The position numbers and the translations under genes are program-made. A DNA stretch of 64,000 nt, from the NCBI GenBank assembly GCA_963746335.1, contig CAVVAK010000006.1, positions 77,657 through 141,656 of the forward strand, given 5' to 3'. Of this stretch, positions 50,230 through 59,699 are shown piece after piece (the stretch's first letter is position 1; each line of letters opens with the position of its first letter). Below the pieces are notes generated by a model, which had not been told where the DNA came from, searched no databases, and was given only the letters and a program-made list of their open reading frames with translations. The DNA comes from an uncultured Actinomycetota bacterium (GTDB taxonomy: Bacteria > Actinomycetota > UBA4738 > HRBIN12).

Positions 50230-51087
50230 ATGACCGCCCCGAGAGGAGTGACCGTGCAAGGCGACGAGATCCGCGTGCTGTTGGTCGGTACCGGCGACGA
50301 TTTCGGCAACGAGCTCGAAGGTGAAGGGTTCGAGGTCGCGCGGATCCCGGACCTCGCGTCGCTCGGACCGGGATCGGACCAAGACGCGGTGATCGTCGCC
50401 CTCGACGACCCGGGGCCTCTCGAGGCGCTCGAGACGCTCCGGCTGAAGACGCCCGCGGCCGCCATCCTGGTGCTCACGACGTCGGAACGAGAGGCGGACG
50501 GCGCCGTCGCGCTGCACGCCGGGGCGGAGGATCACCTCGTGCACGGCTCGATCGCACACGGGCTGCTCCCGCGTGCGATCCGCTACGCCGTCGAGCGACG
50601 ACGGCTGCGCCGCGAGCTCGCGACGGTCGACGAGCTGACCCGCCTGCCCAACATCCGGGGCTTCTTCGCGATCGCCGAGCATCAATTGCGGATGGCCGAT
50701 CGTGCCGGCACCCAGGTCGTCCTGCTCTTCGTCCGCTTCGACGATCACTCGACGGCGATCGCGGGGGACCCCGCCGCCGCGGACCAGGTCGCGCTCGAAG
50801 CCGCCGAGGTGCTCCTGAGCGCGATCCGCGACGCCGATCTTCCCGCGCGCATCGCCGACGACACCTTCTGCGTGCTCCTGTCCGGCGACGCCAGGGGCTC
50901 GGAGGTTGCGGTGCTCTCGAGGCTCGTGGAGGCGATCGCCGTGCACGACGCGAGCAAGCCCGAGCCGCGCCCCCTCGCCTTGTCGGTCGGCAGTGCGATC
51001 TACGATCCGGGTCGCCCGGTCCCCCTGGAGGGGCTCCTTCGGACCGCCGAAGCGGAGATGCGACCGCACTCATCCGAGAGCCGATGA
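50230..51087 (+). CDS. Receiver-domain protein with a degenerate GGDEF domain (active site ADDTF, I-site RDAD retained)
   Basis: 285 aa. REC-like N-terminus (IRVLLVGTGDD...VIVALDDPG...LVLTTS, with the conserved Lys position read as His). GGDEF fold DELTRLPNIRGFF...AIRDADLPARIADDTFCVLL. Confidence 0.8.
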   Translation: MTAPRGVTVQGDEIRVLLVGTGDDFGNELEGEGFEVARIPDLASLGPGSDQDAVIVALDDPGPLEALETLRLKTPAAAILVLTTSEREADGAVALHAGAEDHLVHGSIAHGLLPRAIRYAVERRRLRRELATVDELTRLPNIRGFFAIAEHQLRMADRAGTQVVLLFVRFDDHSTAIAGDPAAADQVALEAAEVLLSAIRDADLPARIADDTFCVLLSGDARGSEVAVLSRLVEAIAVHDASKPEPRPLALSVGSAIYDPGRPVPLEGLLRTAEAEMRPHSSESR

Positions 51088-51147
51088 GCTGCGAACACCC
51101 CCTGCGATCATCCGATCTCGGGGAGGACGGCGAACACGAGCGTATCG

Positions 51148-51756
51148 ATGACCCTCGGAAGAACGCCGAGCGCACCCATGGGTTCCGCTGAGCCGACCGG
51201 AGCGCGAGACGAAGACCTGCTGCTGCGAGTCGCCGGCGGCGACGAGCACGCGTTCCGCGAACTCTTCTCTCGGTACGCATCGGTGGCGCACGCTCTCGCC
51301 TTCCGCCTCGTCCGTCATGCGCACGTGGCGGAGGAGATCGTGCAGGAGGCATTCCTCGCCGTGTGGCGGAGCCCGGATCGGTACGACCGAACGAGAGGCT
51401 CGGTGCGCGCGTGGTTGATGGGAACGGTGCACCACCGCGCCGTGGACGCCGTGCGACGAGAGCAGGCGCAGCGACGCCGCGCGGAACAAGCGGCGGCGCT
51501 GGGGTCACCGTTCACGGAAGACCCGACCGACGACGTCTTGTCCGCGATCGATCTTCCCGGGGAGCGCCGGCTCATCCGGAACGCGCTCGCGGAGCTCCCC
51601 GGCGAGCAGCGCGAGGTGATCCTGCTGATGTACTTCGACGGCATGACCCAGTCGCAGATCGCCGACCGCACCGGTCTCCCCCTCGGCACGGTCAAGTCCC
51701 GGACGCTGCTCGCCATGCGGCGGCTCCGCTCGACGATCGGAGAGGTGGCACCGTGA
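51148..51756 (+). CDS. ECF (group 4) sigma-70 factor
   Basis: 202 aa. Region 2 FRELFSRYASVAHALAFRLVRHAHVAEEIVQEAFLAVW and region 4 LPGEQREVILLMYFDGMTQSQIADRTGLPLGTVKSR. Confidence 0.92.
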   Translation: MTLGRTPSAPMGSAEPTGARDEDLLLRVAGGDEHAFRELFSRYASVAHALAFRLVRHAHVAEEIVQEAFLAVWRSPDRYDRTRGSVRAWLMGTVHHRAVDAVRREQAQRRRAEQAAALGSPFTEDPTDDVLSAIDLPGERRLIRNALAELPGEQREVILLMYFDGMTQSQIADRTGLPLGTVKSRTLLAMRRLRSTIGEVAP

Positions 51757-52445
51757 CCCGAGACCACGAGCTGATCGAAGAGCTCCTCGCCGTCCGGGCA
51801 CTCGACGGCCTCGACGAGGATGACGCCGCGCTGCTGGACCGAGAGCTCTCGGCCCACGGCGACTGCGCCGAGTGCCGTCGGCTCGAAGCAGGACACGCCG
51901 AGGTCGCGGGCATGCTGCCGCTCGCGCTCGATCCTCGCCCGGTGGACGGAGACATGGCGGACCGCATCCTCTCCCACCCGCCGCGATCGGCCCGTCCCGT
52001 GGCGGCACCGGTCGACGAGGTCTCTGCGCGGAGGGACGGGCGGATCGGACGGTGGCAGGCCGCCTTCGGCGTCGCGGCGGCGGTCGCGCTCGCCCTCGCG
52101 CTCGTGCTGGCCACTCGACCGGGCGGCGTGGCGGTCCCCGAGACGATCGTGGCCTTCGAGGGAACCCCCGGAGAGCTGGCCATGGCCTACACCCCCGGTG
52201 AGCGCGGAGTGCTCGTGTGGGGAACGGGCCTTCCCGACCCCGGCGCCGAGAGCGTCTACGAGCTGTGGATGATCGAGGACGGCGACCCCATCCGTGGCGC
52301 GTGTCTCGCGCCGACGGATGGCGCGGTCGCCGGCTACGTCGATGCGGATCCCTCATCCGCCGAGCTGCTCGCCGTGACGGTCGAGTCCTCCGAGTGCCCG
52401 GAGGCGCCGACCACCGATCCGATCTACACCGCCGAACTCCGCTGA
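51753..52445 (+). CDS. Anti-sigma factor (RskA-like: N-terminal sigma-binding helix, one TM, extracytoplasmic domain)
   Basis: GTG at 51753 forms a GTGA overlap with the sigma gene. TM helix WQAAFGVAAAVALALALVLA. The C-terminal YELWMIEDGDPIRGACL resembles the RskA domain. Confidence 0.8.
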   Translation: MTRDHELIEELLAVRALDGLDEDDAALLDRELSAHGDCAECRRLEAGHAEVAGMLPLALDPRPVDGDMADRILSHPPRSARPVAAPVDEVSARRDGRIGRWQAAFGVAAAVALALALVLATRPGGVAVPETIVAFEGTPGELAMAYTPGERGVLVWGTGLPDPGAESVYELWMIEDGDPIRGACLAPTDGAVAGYVDADPSSAELLAVTVESSECPEAPTTDPIYTAELR

Positions 52446-52488
52446 TCCTCCGGGTCCTCCCACCCGAGCGTGCCTCGGGCGCAGGCGC

Positions 52489-55221
52489 TCAACGGGTCGC
52501 GAGCGCTTCCCGAAGCACCATCGGCAAGATGCCGCCGTGGCCGAAGATCGCGACCTCCGCCGCCTGATCGATCCGCACCGTCACCGGGAACGCGTCCGAC
52601 GAGCCGTCCTCCTTGGTGAGGTTGAGGGTGGCGTCCTGTCCCGGCACGATCCCGATCTCCAGACCAAGGACCGAGAAGGTCTCCCGACCCGTCAGGCCGT
52701 GTGTCTCCGCCGACTCGCCGGGCTTGTACTGGAGCGGCAGGATCCCCATCCCCACGAGGTTCTGTCGGTGGATCCGTTCGAACGACTCCGCAAGCACGAA
52801 CCGGACGCCGAGCAGGGCCGGGCCTTTGGCCGCCCAGTCCCGAGACGAACCGCTCCCATACTCCTTCCCCGCCAGGACGCCGAGCGGCGTCTCCTCCTCG
52901 CGGTACCGCATCGCGGCCTCGAAGACGCTGGTCACCTCACCGCTCGGAAGGTGCGTCGTCCACCATCCCTCCGTCCCCGGTGCGAGCTCGTTCCGGAGCC
53001 GGACGTTCGCGAATGTGCCGCGCATCATCACCTCGTGGTTGCCGCGCCTGGCCCCGTAGGAGTTGAAGTCGCGCTGCACGACGCCGTGTTCGAGCAGGTA
53101 GCGACCCGCGGGAGAGTCGGGACGGATCGCGCCGGCGGGTGAGATGTGGTCGGTGGTGATGGAGTCACCGACCTTCACCAGGATCCGGGCGCCGTCGACA
53201 CGGATCCCCTCCGCTTCGGCGTCGCCGACCGGACCGCCGGCCGGATCGGTGAAGAAGGGCGGCTCGCGGACATACGTGGAGTCGGGGTCCCACTCGTATG
53301 CCGGTCCGGTCGGCGTCGGGAGCCCTCGCCAGCGGTCGTCGCCTTCCCAGATCCGGCCGTACTGGTCCACGAATTGGTCCTCGGTCACGGCGGTCGCGAT
53401 CACCTCCGCCACCTCCTGCGGACTCGGCCAGAGATCACGCAGGAAGACGGGACCGTCCGTGCCCTCGCCGAGTGGCTCGGTCGTGGGGTCGAAGTTGATC
53501 CTTCCGGCGAGGGCGTACGCCACGACGAGCGGTGGCGACGCCAGATAGCTCGCCCGAACCTGCGGGTGGATGCGTCCTTCGAAGTTGCGGTTCCCGGATA
53601 GGACGGCCACGACGTTCAGCTTCTCGTCGTCGATGATCTTCGCCACGTCGTCGGGAAGCGGTCCCGAGTTCCCGATGCACGTGGTGCATCCGAACCCCAC
53701 CAGGTTGAACCCGAGCTTCTCGAGGTACGGGGTCAGCCCCGCCCGGTCCAGGTAATCGGTGACGACCCGGGACCCGGGCGCCAGGGACGTCTTGACCCAG
53801 GGCTGTGACTCGAGCCCGGCGTCGACGGCCCGCTTGGCGAGCAATCCGGCACCCACCATCACCGACGGATTGGACGTGTTGGTGCACGAGGTGATCGCCG
53901 CGATCACCACCGACCCGTGTCCCACGTCGCGACCGTTGGGGGTCACGTCCTCGGACCATCCCCGCTCCTCGGTGCCCGAGTCGGGATTCCCCCCCTCGCT
54001 GACGAATCGACCGAGCTCCGTCGGCTTCGGATCCGGCTCCAGGTGCCGTTGGAAGGCGTCCACGAACGAATCCCAGACCTTGGGGAGCGCCACGCGATCC
54101 TGTGGCCTCCGAGGACCCGCCATCGAAGGTTCGATCCGGGTGAGATCGAGTTCCAGCGTCTCGGTGAAGGTCGGGATCGGATCGTCATCCGTCCGGAACA
54201 ACCCCTGTGCCTTCGTGTAGCGCTCGACCCGGTCGATCAGGTTCCCTCGACCGGTGAACCGGAGGTACTCGAGCGTCCGCTCGTCGACGGGGAAGAAGGC
54301 CGAGGTGGCACCGTACTCCGGGCACATGTTGGACAGCGTCGCTCGGTCCGCGATCGTGAGGGTCGAGAGCCCCGGTCCGTAGAACTCGACGAACCGCCCG
54401 ACGACACCGTGGGCGCGGAGCATCTGCGTCAACGTGAGGACGAGATCCGTCGCGGTCGTTCCCACCGGCAATCCGCCGGTCACCTGCACGCCGACGACGT
54501 CGGGCTGGGGGAGGAACGTCGGCTCGCCCAACATCGCGGCCTCAGCCTCGATGCCGCCGACGCCCCATCCGAGGACCCCCAGGCCGTTGATCATGGTGGT
54601 GTGCGAGTCCGTGCCCATCAACGTGTCGGGGAACGCCACGCCGTCGCGCACGGTCACGACCTGCCCCAGGTGCTCCAGGTTCACCTGGTGACAGATGCCG
54701 GCGCCGGGAGGAACGACGCGCAGACCGTCGAACGCCTGTTGCGCCCAACGGAGGAGCGCGTATCGCTCGCCGTTGCGCCGGTACTCCCACTCGATGTTGG
54801 CCTCGTACGCGTCCGGCGAGCGGAAGAGGTCGACCTGCACCGAGTGATCGATGATCAGATCCACCGGCACGAGCGGGTTGATCGACGCCGGATCCCCGTC
54901 GGCCCGAGCGACGGCGCTCCGCATCGCAGCGAGGTCGACGACGGCCGGCACGCCGGTGAAGTCCTGCATCAACACCCGTCCCGGCATGAACGCCACGTCC
55001 GCGGCCTGCTCGGGCCAGCGAGCGAGCGACCGCACGTCGTCGTCGGCGACGTCACGGGAGCCGGCGCGGCGGAGCAGGTTCTCGACCAGGATCTTGACCG
55101 TGTGAGGCAGGCGGCTCACGTCGGCGATCCCGGCCTCGGCGAGCCAGGGGAGCGAAAAGACGTCCAGGCGCCCGTTCGAGGTCTCGAGCTGCGTGCGGGC
55201 ACCCGTGAGTTCCGAGGTCAT
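52489..55221 (-). CDS. acnA: Aconitate hydratase A
   Basis: About 910 aa from ATG 55221. Motifs: GTDSHTTMINGLGVLGWGVGGIEAEA, TSCTNTSNP, CTTCIGNSG, NFEGRIHP. Confidence 0.96.
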   Translation of the reverse strand: MTSELTGARTQLETSNGRLDVFSLPWLAEAGIADVSRLPHTVKILVENLLRRAGSRDVADDDVRSLARWPEQAADVAFMPGRVLMQDFTGVPAVVDLAAMRSAVARADGDPASINPLVPVDLIIDHSVQVDLFRSPDAYEANIEWEYRRNGERYALLRWAQQAFDGLRVVPPGAGICHQVNLEHLGQVVTVRDGVAFPDTLMGTDSHTTMINGLGVLGWGVGGIEAEAAMLGEPTFLPQPDVVGVQVTGGLPVGTTATDLVLTLTQMLRAHGVVGRFVEFYGPGLSTLTIADRATLSNMCPEYGATSAFFPVDERTLEYLRFTGRGNLIDRVERYTKAQGLFRTDDDPIPTFTETLELDLTRIEPSMAGPRRPQDRVALPKVWDSFVDAFQRHLEPDPKPTELGRFVSEGGNPDSGTEERGWSEDVTPNGRDVGHGSVVIAAITSCTNTSNPSVMVGAGLLAKRAVDAGLESQPWVKTSLAPGSRVVTDYLDRAGLTPYLEKLGFNLVGFGCTTCIGNSGPLPDDVAKIIDDEKLNVVAVLSGNRNFEGRIHPQVRASYLASPPLVVAYALAGRINFDPTTEPLGEGTDGPVFLRDLWPSPQEVAEVIATAVTEDQFVDQYGRIWEGDDRWRGLPTPTGPAYEWDPDSTYVREPPFFTDPAGGPVGDAEAEGIRVDGARILVKVGDSITTDHISPAGAIRPDSPAGRYLLEHGVVQRDFNSYGARRGNHEVMMRGTFANVRLRNELAPGTEGWWTTHLPSGEVTSVFEAAMRYREEETPLGVLAGKEYGSGSSRDWAAKGPALLGVRFVLAESFERIHRQNLVGMGILPLQYKPGESAETHGLTGRETFSVLGLEIGIVPGQDATLNLTKEDGSSDAFPVTVRIDQAAEVAIFGHGGILPMVLREALATR

Positions 55222-55281
55222 CTGAAGCCGTCCTCCACGTCCATCCATACTCCCACGCCCGGGGAAACTCCAGGCGCGAGC

Positions 55282-55806
55282 TCAGGAGCTCTCGGGCTGC
55301 CGCCCCTCCTTCGCCGCACGGGCCATATCGATGGCTTCCTTGTGAGCGATCCGGCGCTCGCGTCGGAGCTTCGCCTCCCCCTGTCGCCGGCGTTCGTCGC
55401 CGGTCTCGACGACCAGCGGAGGCACCGGTCGAGGCCTCCCCTCGTCGTCGACGGCGACGAAGACCAGGTAGGCGCTGTTGACGTGACGGATGGCTCCCGT
55501 GATCGGGTCCTCCGCCTCCACCCGGACACCGCACTCCATCGAGGTTCTCCCCACGTCGTTCACGCAGGCCCGCAGGACGACCACCTCTCCGATGTGGACG
55601 GGCTCGAGGAAGGTCATCTCGTCGATCCCGACGGTGAGGGCGACGCCACCCGAGTGCTTGATGGCGGCGAGGGCTGCCGCCGTGTCCACGAGGCGCATGA
55701 TCACGCCCCCGTGGACGTTGCCGGCGACGTTCGCGTCCGTGACCTCCATCATCTGGGTGAGGGTCACCTTCGAGTCGGAGACGCTGCGCGGGCCGCGTTC
55801 GGACAC
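55282..55806 (-). CDS. Acyl-CoA thioesterase (hotdog fold, YciA/BFIT-like)
   Basis: 174 aa. ANVAGNVHGGVIMRLVDTAAALAAIKHSG and SAYLVFVAVDDEGRP. Confidence 0.85.
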   Translation of the reverse strand: MSERGPRSVSDSKVTLTQMMEVTDANVAGNVHGGVIMRLVDTAAALAAIKHSGGVALTVGIDEMTFLEPVHIGEVVVLRACVNDVGRTSMECGVRVEAEDPITGAIRHVNSAYLVFVAVDDEGRPRPVPPLVVETGDERRRQGEAKLRRERRIAHKEAIDMARAAKEGRQPESS

Positions 55807-55863
55807 GCGGGCATCCTACGTGGGCTCACCGTCCGCGGCCGGCGCACCGATACCATCGTGACC

Positions 55864-56607
55864 ATGCGGAAGACGATGCGAGCCCTCGCCGTCGTGCTCG
55901 CGATCGGGGCGTGCGGCACCGAGCCGCCGGCGACGCCGACCCCCACCTCGGCGTCGCCTACCCCGAGCCCGTCGACCTCACCCGAACCGTCGGTTTCCCC
56001 CTCGCCGTCGCCGATCCCCGAGCCGGAACCGGGGCAGATGCCCTCGACGTTCGCTGAGGACCTCGAGCCCTCCGAACTGCCGCTCGATGAGCTCGTTCCC
56101 GAAGGTGCGGACGTGACCGGCCAGTGGTTCGCGTTCACGGCAGACGGGGTGGTCGTGCTGGTCGCCTGGGTGGAACCGGGATCGGATGCCTTCCTCCTGC
56201 CACGTGGCTTCGCGCTCTGGCACCGGCACGCGTCATCGCCACACTGGCGCGTGGGTCTCGTCGAAAGACACGACGCCGACGCGGGGATCCAAGAGATCCA
56301 GATGTCGACGACGGACCTCACCGGTGACGGGTCGGACGACGCCCTCATCTTCGAAGGCGTCGGCGGCTCGGGGGCGTGTGGCAGCTGGCTCGTCCTCGAT
56401 GTCTCCCGAGAGAAGCAGACCTATCGACGCCAGCTCTGTGACGGCAGGATCGACCCCGCTCCACCCGGTTCCCCCGGACTCGTGGTGACACGATCCGTGT
56501 ACCGCGAGGGCGACGCGCACTGCTGCCCCAGCGCGATGCGAGAGACCACCCTGGCGTGGACCGGCCGAGCGTGGCGGGTCACGGGGACGACGACGATCGA
56601 GGGCTGA
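55864..56607 (+). CDS. Putative lipoprotein with a Pro/Ser/Thr-rich linker
   Basis: The in-frame ATG at 55864 gives MRKTMRALAVVLAIGAC|G (lipobox), then a PTPTSASPTPSPSTSPEPS linker, then a globular domain with TGDGSDDALIF. The rest of track ORF 53917..56607 is antisense to acnA. Confidence 0.7.
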   Translation: MRKTMRALAVVLAIGACGTEPPATPTPTSASPTPSPSTSPEPSVSPSPSPIPEPEPGQMPSTFAEDLEPSELPLDELVPEGADVTGQWFAFTADGVVVLVAWVEPGSDAFLLPRGFALWHRHASSPHWRVGLVERHDADAGIQEIQMSTTDLTGDGSDDALIFEGVGGSGACGSWLVLDVSREKQTYRRQLCDGRIDPAPPGSPGLVVTRSVYREGDAHCCPSAMRETTLAWTGRAWRVTGTTTIEG

Positions 56608-56765
56608 AGGACGTCGTTCTCCCGGTCGATCGGACCTTGGTCCAAGGTGCCTAGGTCTTTCGTCCTACCGAATGACCAACAGGAATCCCCCTCCCGGTAC
56701 TGAACCTGCTCGCACACCGTGCCGATAAGGAGCCCGGGAGACCCGGACAGGGGGCTGGTAGGCGC

Positions 56766-59696
56766 ATGTTGACTGGGTACGGTCTGGCTCGAAGGATCCA
56801 TATCGCGCTCATCGGACTGCTCGTCATCGGGGTGGCGGGTTCGTTCTGGATGAGCATCAGAGCTCGGTCGACCGCGGAAGAGCGAGCGGTCGAGCAGGCC
56901 CAGGTGATCGCGGACAGCTCCCTCACGCTCGTCTTCCGGCCCGACGACCTCCAACACGACGCTTCTCCCGAGAGGATCCGAGAGCTGACGCGTTCGATCG
57001 ACGACGTCGTGCTCGACCCCAGCGACTTCGACACCGTGACCCTGTACTCGTCCTCGGGCGAGATCCTCTTCTCGACAGAGGACGGAAACATCGGTCAGCG
57101 CCTCGCCGGCGAGCGTCCCCGCATCCGGACCGCGTTCAGAGGGGAACCACAGGCGAGGATCATCGACGACACCCTTTCCGTGTTGGTCGGCCTGCGATTC
57201 CCATCCGGCGTCGGCAGCACCGCCGCGGTGGAATTGTCGCGTCCCGCGGATGACATCACCGGGGCGGCAGCCCCGTGGCGTACGAACATGTTCTTCCTCG
57301 GAGGCGCGCTCGCCCTCGTTCTGCTGGCGGCCGGCGCTCCGATGCTGCGAGGCGGGAGCGCGATCGAGACTGCGGAGTCGCCTCGGATGCGCGTGCCCGT
57401 GATCCCGGGGCGTCAGCCCGTCGCACAGGCGAAAAGGATCGAGGCACCGCGGCCGGGGATGAAGGAAGAGGCTGAGGCTCGGCGGCGCGCCGAGACCCGC
57501 GCTCAGGAGGCGGAGCAGCGCCTGAACCTCTTGCAGGACCAGTACCGCGCCACCTTGGAGGAGCTGCAATCCACCCAGCGAGCACTTCGCGACCAACCCA
57601 TCGGGCAGGGCCGGGAGTTCGAGGAACGTGCGGTCAAGGCCGAACAGGCCGCGAGGTCGCTGGAGCAGCGACTGCACAGCGTGACCGTCGAGCGAGACCG
57701 GATCGCCGGGGAGCTGCTGGCCAAACGGGACGCGATCGTGGGTCCCGGCCGCGAAGAGCTGAAGCAGGTCGAGGCCGAGGCGATGGGCCTCCGGGCAGAG
57801 CTCGAAGGGGCCCAGACACAGCTCTCGATGACGATCCAAGAGCTGGAAGCGCTGCAGCGACAGGCGGAGCGGTCGCGAGAGCTCCAGGAGGAGTTGGACG
57901 CCGCGCAGCTCGAATCGCTCCACGCGCGCGACGCCATGGAGGGGATGCAGAGGGAGCTCGGAAGCGCCCGGACCGAGCTGGACGACGTGCGAGGCGAGCT
58001 GCGAGCGCTCCGGACCGAGGAGCAGCGCGCCGCCGAGCTCACCGACGAGCTCCGGACCGTGAAGGCCGAGATCGACAGCATGCGAGCGTCCCATCGAGCC
58101 GAGCTCGTCGAGCGCGAGGCGGAGCTCGAGGAGCAGGTCCGTTCGGTCCGAGAGGAGTTCCAGGCCCAGGTGGCCGAGGCCGAGACCCGTCACGCCGCGG
58201 AGCTCGCCGAAACCGAGAAGGTGTTCGCCGCGCGCGTGGCGGCCGTCGCCGAAGGGGCGGAGGAGGCGAGCGCGCGCGTGGCAGCCGCGGGCGCCGACCT
58301 CGAGGCCGCGAGATCGGAATCGGAGGCCCGAGCGGTCGACCTCGAGAGCGCTCGCGCCGAGCTCCAAGCCGCCCACGACCGGATCGAGGTCCTGCAGCAG
58401 GGTCTGTCCGAGCGTCAGGGAGATTTCGACGGCGCCGCCGAGGAGGTACAGCGCGCGCAAGCCGACCGACAGGCGCTCACCGCCGAGATCACCGAGCTCC
58501 GCGCATCGTTGGGGGAGACGGAGACCGCGCTCGCGGAGGAGCGTGCCGGTCGGGAGGTGCGGGACACCGAGGATTCGCGGGTCCTGGACGAGGCTCGTCG
58601 CGCCACCGAGCGCGCCGACGCCCTCGCCGAGGAGCTGGAGGCCGCGACGCAAGCGAACACCGAGATGAACCGCCGTCTCCAGGAGATCGAGGCCAGGCGC
58701 GCGCTCGAGGTTGCCGAGGACGAGGGTCGCGCCCACATGGACGAGCTCCTGACGGCGACGCAGGAGCGTCTGGCGGGTCAGTCCGAGAAGTTGATCGCCG
58801 CCGAAGAGCGGGTGCGGGAGATGGAGCGTCAAGGCACGATGGATGCGGAGCGGCTCGAGGAGCTCGAAGCGCAGCTGCGGCAGCATCAGATGGCCGATCA
58901 GATGCGGGAGCTCCAGCCGCAGAAGCACGAGCATCACGAGGCGGACGACGCGGTTCCTGTCGAGGGGCTTCGCGCGGCGACACCGTTCATCAAGGAGATG
59001 TCGATGGACGCCCAGAAGACGATCTCCCGGATGATGGGCGTCGCCCAGCTCCTCAAGCACAAGCAGGGAGCCAAGGAGCAGGCACAGCTGGTGCAGCAGC
59101 TCACGGCCAACGGCCGGCGGCTCGGCAACACCATCCGCGACCTGTCCGACATCGATTCGCTCGTCACCGGCACGGTCTCCCTCGAGCTACGCAACACCGA
59201 CCTCGAATCGTTGATCCGCCGTGTGTTGGAGGAATCCGGGATCGAGTCGGAGCAGGACGTGCGGGTCGAGATCGAGCCGGTCTCGATCGCGATCGATCGC
59301 ACCAGGACCGAGCAGATCATCCAGGCCCTGCTGCGCAGCGCCGGCGATCGGACGCCCGACGGCAAGACGATCACGGTTCGCCTCATCCGGGACAAGGGTG
59401 GTGCTCTGATCGTCGTCGAGGATGCCGAGTCCTCCGCGGAGATCTCCCTCAGTCCGATGGTGCGTCGCCTCGCCGAGGTGCAAGGAGGCTGGGCCAAGGT
59501 CGCCCCCCGCGAAGGTGGAGGCGCCGCGTTCCAGGTCTTCCTGCCGGCCGGTGGACCCGGCGGCACTCCTCCGGCGGAGCCGGTCGAGGGGGATCAGCCT
59601 GTGGAGGAAGTCAAGGACGAACCGAACCACTGGGTGCAGGCCGAGCAGGCGCTCGTCCGGGAGCTGCGCGAGCTCTCCCAGGGGAAGGCGAAGTAG
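56766..59696 (+). CDS. Membrane protein: 2-TM sensor-like N-terminus, ~500-aa coiled coil, C-terminal degenerate histidine-kinase-like module
   Basis: 976 aa. TM helices at about aa 10-30 and 185-205. EAxxRL/ELxxA heptad-rich region at about aa 215-735. An HisKA/HATPase-like tail starts at nt 58998 (EMSMDAQKTISRMMGVAQLL ... IIQALLRSAGDRTP ... VVEDAESSAE). Confidence 0.8.
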   Translation: MLTGYGLARRIHIALIGLLVIGVAGSFWMSIRARSTAEERAVEQAQVIADSSLTLVFRPDDLQHDASPERIRELTRSIDDVVLDPSDFDTVTLYSSSGEILFSTEDGNIGQRLAGERPRIRTAFRGEPQARIIDDTLSVLVGLRFPSGVGSTAAVELSRPADDITGAAAPWRTNMFFLGGALALVLLAAGAPMLRGGSAIETAESPRMRVPVIPGRQPVAQAKRIEAPRPGMKEEAEARRRAETRAQEAEQRLNLLQDQYRATLEELQSTQRALRDQPIGQGREFEERAVKAEQAARSLEQRLHSVTVERDRIAGELLAKRDAIVGPGREELKQVEAEAMGLRAELEGAQTQLSMTIQELEALQRQAERSRELQEELDAAQLESLHARDAMEGMQRELGSARTELDDVRGELRALRTEEQRAAELTDELRTVKAEIDSMRASHRAELVEREAELEEQVRSVREEFQAQVAEAETRHAAELAETEKVFAARVAAVAEGAEEASARVAAAGADLEAARSESEARAVDLESARAELQAAHDRIEVLQQGLSERQGDFDGAAEEVQRAQADRQALTAEITELRASLGETETALAEERAGREVRDTEDSRVLDEARRATERADALAEELEAATQANTEMNRRLQEIEARRALEVAEDEGRAHMDELLTATQERLAGQSEKLIAAEERVREMERQGTMDAERLEELEAQLRQHQMADQMRELQPQKHEHHEADDAVPVEGLRAATPFIKEMSMDAQKTISRMMGVAQLLKHKQGAKEQAQLVQQLTANGRRLGNTIRDLSDIDSLVTGTVSLELRNTDLESLIRRVLEESGIESEQDVRVEIEPVSIAIDRTRTEQIIQALLRSAGDRTPDGKTITVRLIRDKGGALIVVEDAESSAEISLSPMVRRLAEVQGGWAKVAPREGGGAAFQVFLPAGGPGGTPPAEPVEGDQPVEEVKDEPNHWVQAEQALVRELRELSQGKAK

Positions 59697-59699
59697 CGG

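Noticed and set aside
53917-55863. The upstream part of the 896-aa plus ORF 53917..56607.
   Set aside because: It is antisense to acnA. Only the terminal 247 codons, starting with a lipoprotein signal peptide at 55864, look real.
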